From NCBI GenBank assembly GCA_041166385.1, contig JBEEFW010000021.1:32185-96184 (forward strand): DNA of 64,000 nt. The letters are read 5' to 3'. The notes under the pieces were generated by a model, which ran no database searches, was not told the origin of the DNA, and worked only from the letters and a program-made list of their open reading frames with translations. The stretch comes from Acidimicrobiaceae bacterium. Its GTDB lineage: Bacteria; Actinomycetota; Acidimicrobiia; Acidimicrobiales; JACDCH01. The position numbers and the translations under genes were made by a program. This document shows positions 59,101 through 64,000 of this stretch, in pieces. The number at the start of each line of letters is the position of its first letter. Positions within the stretch are counted from its first letter, which is position 1.

Positions 59101-59692
59101 CGTCGTCAATCGGGTGCCCGCCATCGTGTTCACGACGAAGCCGTCGAACCCGACGCACCCGGCCGATCCGGCCTACGGGAAGTTCGTGTACGCCTTGTCG
59201 GATCCTGACGACCCGGTGTCGTCGCTGTCGGTCACGTGCAAGCTCGATGGTGCGAGCGTGCCGTGCGGCAACGACCTGGCCACGGTCACGCCGGCGCCAC
59301 GGTCGGCGAGTCACACGTTCGTGGCGACGGTGACGGATCCGTTCGGCGGCACCGGTTCGGCGTCGTACACCTGGAACGTGTACTTCGACACGGTGCTCAC
59401 CGCGAACGGGGTGGTGGCCAGCATCCCGCGCTTCGATGCGGACCTGAAGACGACCGGCGGTGCGTCGGTGGGCGCGGGCAAGACCGTCCACTTCTTCGCC
59501 GGTCAGAACCAGAACCCGAGCGACGGCACGGGCGCACTGTGCTCCGCCGTGACCGATGCAAGTGGCCACGCGACGTGTGGCGACGCGGCGACCACGCTGG
59601 CTGCGCTGGGCGCAGGAGGCATCACGGTCGTGTTCTTCGGCACGGTCGACTACTGGAAGGCCGCCCCGAAGAACGCGGCGGTCGTCGGCTAG
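53165..59692 (+). CDS. giant secreted multidomain protein (propeller repeats, PGFG[ST] arrays, PPC-like, gingipain/C25-like, Ig-like modules)
   Basis: Uninterrupted 2,175-codon ORF. Signal-like N-terminus MTKNWVRRGVAMAISVAVMAGLLAVTESTASA. Domain reading is given in the findings. Confidence 0.85.
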   Translation: MTKNWVRRGVAMAISVAVMAGLLAVTESTASAATPPAGSAGALDSGFGTGGVTSTSDPTLTLTAASKVLVQPDGKIVVAGIQPGSAGNVVVTRFTATGAKDTTFGAPLGYTKPGLGSASSQDGVQIALQPDGKILVAGSKVVSSQARIALARLNSNGSLDTTFASGGTATLAFGSSMPQQHGSGVLVLPSGQILMSIWIGPGHDAFKVVRYSSTGVFDTSFGSSGLAISRPITGQPAQAADLALTSDNKIVVVGSVNTTHNSIAQTDTAVVRFTASGQPDTTFPAPSGNSQGAAILDRNSSKNDAANAVLIDASGRINLSGTIASTPSAAYVMRLTSTGVADSTFGTGGVLQGTFGGAAATGGGAAFDANGRLLVAGGDGASTTNALGIERLLSSGATPYDGTFGLTSTPGRESVVCSPANSGAGYSVAVQPDQRIVLAGVCNGAITVARLNVGNLSNLTMTTSTPNAPAGHGTIPLSSVPGGALLSTTNSLMSSPGFGTPGFGTPGFGSPGFGSPGFGTPGFGTPGFGTPGFGTPGFGTPVDQSPLTDPFLGPIPLSAIAISPSALDPTAPSTWDQVLAGTVYAGLPTQSITIQQLFALNPVPAALHKVTIGQLDVSATGLRKASVGAYLLGRTPTSALPAPAGGFCNYLTGQPANCSNTNVATASLLGLELQGDSFQSYFSSTPINLVGLALTGSPLSTTLLNNIDVAQTTLGAVRATALTTPSTFLKCTPSSTAGPCYTLADALASGNIQTTAGATLGALLANSPSAVGQLYLSNLLLGLMSRQSLPIENLAATTDIVANSPLPTSGAAYTIGFDMGCGAASSLVVTPALPAGFRLIPSTVNMTVGSSSVNTTVGADGTIRPSGSFSCSQTQHVTVNLQAEPSSVLGGPVTAGTTVAVSTDSLSLSNQAPVTTVDNFEPDDVTAGNPGNSKPFGSLYLGHISGPGDIDYFVLQPPPSGSTVTVTLSNLPIDADLMMYGAASPLLRASPGFGTPGFGTPGFGSPGFGTPGFGSPGFGSPGFGSPGFGTPGFGSPGFGSDAADKATPPQLTDDVPRLNLPVRGFSAQRNLVGESITTKVTDADTSPLLIQVSGYNGASSPQPYTLRISATPAPGAIPCQARSFPTRGTAGTLPSTPLPGNTQTLILTNQKRLGDVYGNVALPGGFNGDAGVGMTARLQSLAGQSYVNGVVVPVEGDAAVANAYAAWDASPCNVALANDVVAKVNALVDRLRSGLNDLRYIVIAGSDEIIPMGRVPDKTAFYNEAGFSAGIFGGADNAQSSAAKKGFILSDNPFGDFAPTAMLDTQLFVPQIAVGRLVETPAEMAASVDGCVTAGCRTTPSASFVTGYAPMDKGAQEINSILAQRGVATSSQINNTWTRNDAKNGLASAANGYGAINAHYDYSRALPAQEFTNGTESDPLSTADLPSSLAGGVQWTIGCHSGLNIPDIYIASPTQAEQAKTLDWSQAMLHNGAAGFVGQTGYGLGDTDALAYSERLSVAFAKNLDGTMTIGQALAFAKQQFLATGAPSVYDVKSVQEATFYGLPMWRIGPSGTSAQATLPPPPPSPPSTVTLASTSKQFDSAVTPFSNPPRTSNNGRGQYYTVGNEAPQVTPNQPIEPRTEIQLDPRSDGLVAHGAVIETLSSQDTPGFNPIYATAIADVGTFNPEPKVSTAYFPSALQSVSGIVTPNGRRDSVVLVPGQFFSDGSGTGTGTQRLYTKVGLTVLSSNSLDSTAPRIATVNGGIQGITASFTVTTPATDVQRAVFLVLVNPSQGWKHVEAVNAGGGKWVGTMTVPSGTPSIGQYFVQLADTSGNVGIDSNKGQDWSAGGIPGFSFSANPGADPNTGLYPDGTTVSITPPTGVSFTYSLDGGPNQSYTGPITITGDKGHTLTATASNGVTASLGIPIDAHDPTATITSPANGGNYNRGQVVTPAYSCSSAVTIRSCTGPTTVDTSSPGSKTYTVTATDVFGRTGTGSSTYNVVNRVPAIVFTTKPSNPTHPADPAYGKFVYALSDPDDPVSSLSVTCKLDGASVPCGNDLATVTPAPRSASHTFVATVTDPFGGTGSASYTWNVYFDTVLTANGVVASIPRFDADLKTTGGASVGAGKTVHFFAGQNQNPSDGTGALCSAVTDASGHATCGDAATTLAALGAGGITVVFFGTVDYWKAAPKNAAVVG
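54650..54784 (+). repeat. in-frame 15-bp tandem array 1 (9 units, PGFG[ST])
   Basis: Covers aa 496-540 of the giant ORF. Units 8 and 9 are nucleotide-identical. The others differ mostly at synonymous sites. Confidence 0.95.
56135..56284 (+). repeat. in-frame 15-bp tandem array 2 (10 units, PGFG[ST])
   Basis: Covers aa 991-1040. Contains an exact 30-bp tandem duplication (56153-56182 = 56183-56212). Confidence 0.95.
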
Positions 59693-59696
59693 CGCG

Positions 59697-59724
59697 ATCC
59701 GGGGCGGGTTCACCCGCCCCGGAT
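59697..59724 (+). terminator. GC-rich perfect hairpin after the giant gene
   Basis: Sequence is ATCCGGGGCGGG-TTCA-CCCGCCCCGGAT (12-bp stem), starting 5 nt after the TAG at 59690-59692. No clear T-tract follows. Confidence 0.55.
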
Positions 59725-59746
59725 GTGCGCAGTAGGGTCCGGCGTC

Positions 59747-60121
59747 GTGTACCGGAAGATCCTCGTCGGCACCGATGGATCGACGACCGCGGCCAAGGCC
59801 GTCGATCGTGCCGTCGACGTCGCCAAGGCCGCGGGTGCGACCCTCACGATCTTCACGGCCGCGCCACCGAGCAAGGGCGACAAGATCGTTGCCGCCGAAT
59901 CGCAGCGCCACGCCAACTCCGGGGTCGCCATCGACACCCGTGTTTCCGACGCCGAGCCGGTCGGTGCGCTCATCGACACTGCTCGCTCGGGTGGGTACGA
60001 CCTCGTGGTGATCGGCAACCGCGGCATGACCGGCGTGACCCGCTTCCTGCGGCTCGGGTCGGTGCCGAACAAGGTGAGCCACCATCTGCCGTGCAGCCTG
60101 CTCATCGTCAAGACAACCTGA
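59747..60121 (+). CDS. universal stress protein (UspA family)
   Basis: GTG 59747 (VYRKILVGTDGS...). C-terminal ...VVIGNRGMTGVTRFLRLGSVPNKVSHHLPCSLLIV. Confidence 0.8.
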   Translation: MYRKILVGTDGSTTAAKAVDRAVDVAKAAGATLTIFTAAPPSKGDKIVAAESQRHANSGVAIDTRVSDAEPVGALIDTARSGGYDLVVIGNRGMTGVTRFLRLGSVPNKVSHHLPCSLLIVKTT

Positions 60122-60123
60122 CC

Positions 60124-60918
60124 GTGCGGCGAACGCCGCGTTTCAGGCTCGTCCTTCTCGTCGCGCTTGTCGTGCTCTGCTCCGGAGCGTGCAGAGTGCG
60201 GACCGATATCGGTATCGAGGTGAAGGAGAACGGCAGCGGCACCGTGACCGTCAAGATCGGTCTCGACGACGACGCGATGAAAAAGGCGCCGAACTTCCAG
60301 CAGGCGTTGAAGGTCGACGATCTGACCGCCCACGGTTGGACCGTGACCGGACCGGTCAAGGAGACCGACGGCTTCACGTATTTCTCGACGGCGAAGCCGT
60401 TCGCGAATCCCGACGAAGCGAAGCAGATCTTCGCGGAGATCTCCGGCGAGAAGGGCCCGTTCCGCGACTTCTCGATCGGTCGCACGCGCTCGTTCGCTCA
60501 CACCAAGTTCCACTTCTCGGGCACGGTCGACTTCACCGGCGGGATCGAGTCGTTCAGCGACAGCGAGCTCGCGCAGCAGCTTGACGGCAAGCCGATCGGA
60601 GAGGACGTCAAAGCGATCGAGCAACGCATCGGCGAGTCGCTCGACAACGTGTTCGAGATCCGTATCGCGGTGCGGCTGCCCGGCGATGTCACGTCGAACG
60701 CTCCCGGTCAGGCGGCGAACGGCGCAGTCTGGCAACCCAAGTTGTCCCAGCCGGCGGCGATCACGCTGGAAGCGTCGAGCGAGAGCACGCGGTGGTTCAC
60801 GATCGTGGGGACGGCCGTCGCCATCGCGGCCGGACCGGTTTTGCTTCCGATCGTTGTCACCCTGGCGCTGTTCCGTCGACGGCGACGGCGACTCGCCGCC
60901 CCGAAGCTCCCCGCCTGA
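60124..60918 (+). CDS. LppM/DUF3153-like exported protein with C-terminal TM anchor
   Basis: GTG 60124. Signal with a possible lipobox (LVVLCSGAC), a ~200-aa soluble region, then a hydrophobic helix plus an RRRRRR stop-transfer tail. Confidence 0.55.
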   Translation: MRRTPRFRLVLLVALVVLCSGACRVRTDIGIEVKENGSGTVTVKIGLDDDAMKKAPNFQQALKVDDLTAHGWTVTGPVKETDGFTYFSTAKPFANPDEAKQIFAEISGEKGPFRDFSIGRTRSFAHTKFHFSGTVDFTGGIESFSDSELAQQLDGKPIGEDVKAIEQRIGESLDNVFEIRIAVRLPGDVTSNAPGQAANGAVWQPKLSQPAAITLEASSESTRWFTIVGTAVAIAAGPVLLPIVVTLALFRRRRRRLAAPKLPA

Positions 60919-60947
60919 CTGTCACAGCCCCTTCGTAGGGTTCGCCC

Positions 60948-62303
60948 ATGGCGAAACAGCGGATCGAGTACCGGTGTGACGAGTGCGGGGCGTCTGCGCC
61001 GCAGTGGGCGGGGAAGTGTGCGGCCTGCGGAGCGTGGAACTCCCTCCAAGAGGGGCGGGCGCTGACCGCGTCGCCCGCGCTGGTGGGGGTAGCGCTGCTC
61101 CAGCCGGCGGTGCCGGTGGTCGAGGTCGACATGACCGAGTGGGAAGCGCGCTCGACCGGTATCGGCGAACTCGACCGCGTGCTGGCGGGCGGGCTGGTGC
61201 CCGGGTCGGTCACGCTGGTCGGAGGCGAGCCGGGCGTCGGCAAGTCGACACTGCTCACGCAGGCCGCCGCGGCGATGGCGCACGCCGGTGGACGCGTGCT
61301 CTACGTGACCGCGGAAGAGTCGAGTCAGCAAGTGCGGCTGCGCGCCGAACGCCTCGGCGCGCTCGCGCCGCGCCTGCTGCTGGCCGCCGAGACGAACCTT
61401 TCCAACATCGTGAGCCATCTCGACGCCGTGCGACCAGACGTCGTGATCGTCGACTCGATCCAGACGGTGCACGATCCCGACATCGGTTCCGCGCCGGGTT
61501 CGGTCGTGCAGGTGCGCGAGTGCGCGCACCGTCTCGTCCGCGAAGCCAAGGAGCGCGGCGTCGCGATCGTCCTCGTGGGCCACGTGACCAAAGACGGCGC
61601 ACTCGCCGGCCCTCGCGTGCTCGAGCACGTGGTCGACACCGTGCTGGCGTTCGAGGGTGAGCACCACCACGCATTGCGTCTCGTGCGGGCGGTGAAGCAC
61701 CGCTTCGGATCCACCAATGAGGTCGGCCTCTTCGAGATGAGCGACAGCGGCTTGATCCCGGTGCCCGACGCGAGCGCGCTGTTCCTGGCCGACCGCCGGC
61801 CGGGCGTGCCTGGCTCGGCCGTGGTGCCCGCGCTCGACGGCCACCGCCCGCTCCTCGTCGAGGTGCAAGCGCTCACCATCGACAACAACGCACCGATGGC
61901 GCGGCGCTCGGCGCAAGGTCTCGATGCGGGCCGGCTCGCCTTCCTGCTCGCGGTGCTCGAACGACACGCGGAGCTCGCCATCGTCAAGCACGACGTGTTC
62001 GCGCTGGCAGTCGGCGGTGCTCGCGTCGTCGAGCCCGGCGCCGACCTCGCCATCGCGCTCGCGGTTGCGTCGTCGCACGCGAACCTGCCCCTTGCCGACG
62101 ACGTGGTCGCCTGCGCCGAGCTCGGTCTCGGAGGCGAACTGCGTCAGGTGAGCCAGACGCCGCGCCGCCTGGCCGAGGCCGCGCGGCTCGGATTTCGGCG
62201 CGTGTTCTTGCCACACTCCGCGCCGGAGCCGCCACCGGGGCTGACCGCAGTGCGCGCGGCGACCATCGGCGAAGCGATCACGCTGGCGGGCCTCCGCTCG
62301 TAG
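60948..62303 (+). CDS. radA: DNA repair protein RadA/Sms
   Basis: Zinc finger CDECGASAPQWAGKCAACGAWNS, Walker A GEPGVGKST, KHRFG motif and a Lon-like C-terminus. Confidence 0.95.
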   Translation: MAKQRIEYRCDECGASAPQWAGKCAACGAWNSLQEGRALTASPALVGVALLQPAVPVVEVDMTEWEARSTGIGELDRVLAGGLVPGSVTLVGGEPGVGKSTLLTQAAAAMAHAGGRVLYVTAEESSQQVRLRAERLGALAPRLLLAAETNLSNIVSHLDAVRPDVVIVDSIQTVHDPDIGSAPGSVVQVRECAHRLVREAKERGVAIVLVGHVTKDGALAGPRVLEHVVDTVLAFEGEHHHALRLVRAVKHRFGSTNEVGLFEMSDSGLIPVPDASALFLADRRPGVPGSAVVPALDGHRPLLVEVQALTIDNNAPMARRSAQGLDAGRLAFLLAVLERHAELAIVKHDVFALAVGGARVVEPGADLAIALAVASSHANLPLADDVVACAELGLGGELRQVSQTPRRLAEAARLGFRRVFLPHSAPEPPPGLTAVRAATIGEAITLAGLRS

Positions 62304-62313
62304 ACTGCCGCGG

Positions 62314-63459
62314 ATGACGAAGCCTGGAGGGCCGAAACGGGCGCGTACGCCCGACGTCCTTTCGGCGGTCGGTGGCTACTCCCACAACGTGGGTCCGCGA
62401 CGGAGCATCGCGCTCCTCGATGCGCTGGCCGCCGTCGCTCCCGGGCGTCCACTCCGGGAAGGCCTCGATCGCATTCTGCAAGCGGGGATGGGCGCGCTGA
62501 TCGTCGTGGGTGACGAACCTCGGGTCCTGAACATCTGCTCCGGCGGCTTCCTGTTGGACGCGGCATTCAGTCCGCAGAGACTCTCGGAGCTGGCGAAGAT
62601 GGACGGTGCCATCATTCTCGCCGGCGACGCCAGCCGCATTGCGCGCGCCAACGTGCATCTCGTGCCCGATCCGAATGTGCCGACGTCGGAGACCGGCACG
62701 CGGCACCGCACTGCCGAGCGAGTGGCGCGTTCGATCGATGTGCCCGTGATCTCCGTCTCGGAAGACATGCAGGTGATCGCTGTCTACGTCGATGACGAGA
62801 AGTATCCGCTCGAGCCCATCCCTCGGCTCTTGAACAAGGCCAATCAGGCACTGTCGACGTTGGAGCGGTACAAGAGCCGGCTCGACGGCGTGTCGGGCGC
62901 GCTGTCCGCTCTCGAGGTGGAGGATCTCGTCACGCTGCGCGATGTCGTGACGGTGCTGCAGCGGACCGAGATGGTGCGGCGCATCGCCGAGGAGATCGAG
63001 AGCCACATCGTCGAGCTCGGCGTCGATGGTCGCCTCGTTCGTCTCCAGCTCGAAGAGCTGATGGGCGGGGTCGAGGACGACCGACGGCTCGTGATCCTCG
63101 ACTACTTCCACGAGGAGTCCGACTGGCACGTCGGCGACGCGCTCGAGGCGCTCGCCGATCTCGACACCGACGACCTGCTCGACCTCAAGATCGTGTCCTC
63201 CATGCTGCACCTGTCGGGCTCGATCGACCTCGACGTCAGCCTGCAGCCGCGTGGGTACCGTCTGCTGGCCAAGATCCCGCGGCTCCCCGATGGCGTGATC
63301 GACAAGATCGTCGAGCGCTTCGGCAACTTGCAGAAGATCATGCGCGCGACCATCGACGACCTCGACGACGTCGAAGGCGTCGGTGAAGCGAGGGCCCGCG
63401 CCATCAAGGAAGGACTGTCTCGCCTCGCCGAGTCGAGCATTCTCGATCGCTACAACTGA
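62314..63459 (+). CDS. disA: DNA integrity scanning protein DisA (diadenylate cyclase)
   Basis: DAC-domain motifs ...GALIVVGD..., DGAIIL, TGTRHRTAERV. C-terminal HhH region. Confidence 0.95.
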   Translation: MTKPGGPKRARTPDVLSAVGGYSHNVGPRRSIALLDALAAVAPGRPLREGLDRILQAGMGALIVVGDEPRVLNICSGGFLLDAAFSPQRLSELAKMDGAIILAGDASRIARANVHLVPDPNVPTSETGTRHRTAERVARSIDVPVISVSEDMQVIAVYVDDEKYPLEPIPRLLNKANQALSTLERYKSRLDGVSGALSALEVEDLVTLRDVVTVLQRTEMVRRIAEEIESHIVELGVDGRLVRLQLEELMGGVEDDRRLVILDYFHEESDWHVGDALEALADLDTDDLLDLKIVSSMLHLSGSIDLDVSLQPRGYRLLAKIPRLPDGVIDKIVERFGNLQKIMRATIDDLDDVEGVGEARARAIKEGLSRLAESSILDRYN

Positions 63460-63468
63460 GCCTCTGCC

Positions 63469-64000
63469 GTGACCGTCCCGCTGATGACGGATGGGATGCG
63501 AGCGCGCATCGAAGCCTGTAGCCAGGCGTTCCACACCCGCTGGCTCGAGTTGCTGCGCGATCAACCCGGTAACCCGAGCGGTGTCGAGATCAAGCGGTTC
63601 GGTGACGACGTGATCGGCACCGCGGCGAGCAACTGTGCCGACACGCAATGGATGCAGCACGTCACAGGGCTGGGGCCAGCCGACGCGGCTGTCGTGCCGA
63701 AGGTTGCCGCCTGGTACCACGCGAAGATGCTCCGGCCGCGGTTCGAGATCACGCCCTGTTCGGATTTCGAGCCGTTGGCGGCTGCGCTCGTCGACGTCGG
63801 TGCGCGTCAGACCGGATTCATCGATGTGTTGTGGTCACGGACGACGCCTCAGGACGAGGCACCCGCCGCCGTGTCCGTCCGGGTCATCGACCCGGGGGGT
63901 GACGATGCGCAACGCTTCGCCCGCGTGCTGCTCGGCGGACACGGCGTACCCGACGACGCCTTCACCCAGCATTGGGCGGCCGTGGCGCAGTGTCCGGCCG
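63469..64000 (+). CDS. hypothetical protein, N-terminal part (3' end outside window)
   Basis: GTG 63469. The frame stays open to the window end, with G/C-rich third positions. Not in the ORF track because no stop is reached. No family recognised. Confidence 0.4.
   Translation, partial: MTVPLMTDGMRARIEACSQAFHTRWLELLRDQPGNPSGVEIKRFGDDVIGTAASNCADTQWMQHVTGLGPADAAVVPKVAAWYHAKMLRPRFEITPCSDFEPLAAALVDVGARQTGFIDVLWSRTTPQDEAPAAVSVRVIDPGGDDAQRFARVLLGGHGVPDDAFTQHWAAVAQCPA

Noticed and set aside
59236-60918. A 560-aa ORF spanning the 3' end of the giant gene, the USP gene and the LppM-like gene.
   Set aside because: Only the last 264 codons (from GTG 60124) look like a real protein, with a signal peptide, a soluble domain and a TM anchor. 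The upstream part is off-frame read-through over two supported genes and the terminator hairpin.

Overview
High-GC chromosomal window (GC judged by eye, not computed). The gene content and order look actinobacterial. It is tightly packed with about 65 protein-coding genes. I recognised no rRNA, tRNA, CRISPR array, transposase or integrase.

Backbone. The plus strand carries the conserved Actinomycetota housekeeping order: sigH/rshA-like pair, DUF2342 protease, tilS-hpt-ftsH-folE-folP-folB-folK-DUF2520-panC-panD, then coaX-lysS, clpC, radA-disA. This order is interrupted at several points by inserted genes. The left 24 kb is mostly minus-strand catabolic or accessory operons:
- DegT aminotransferase / Gfo-Idh-MocA / ceramidase-like / PhyH
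- hutH-hutU-hutF-hutI-def
- cupin / beta-eliminating lyase / VOC
- GGDEF-EAL / kinase / F420-LLM / DinB

Most unusual content:
1. A divergent pair at 49.0-59.7 kb. One gene encodes a ~1,300-aa protein with two complementary half-degenerate cyclase homology domains plus a STAND NTPase and TPR repeats. The other encodes a 2,175-aa secreted protein with propeller repeats, two PGFG[ST] pentapeptide arrays (one inserted inside a PPC-like domain), a gingipain-like His/Cys region and Ig-like modules.
2. A dual-specificity-phosphatase-like gene with Cys->Gln in the CX5R loop, sitting between folP and folB.
3. An intact peptide-deformylase paralogue as the coupled last gene of a hutF-type histidine operon that has no hutG.
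4. A three-copy palindromic element family whose arm differences are all compensatory.
5. Extensive 1-13 nt start/stop overlaps linking long gene chains.

All functional calls come from reading motifs in the translations. No database search was possible.
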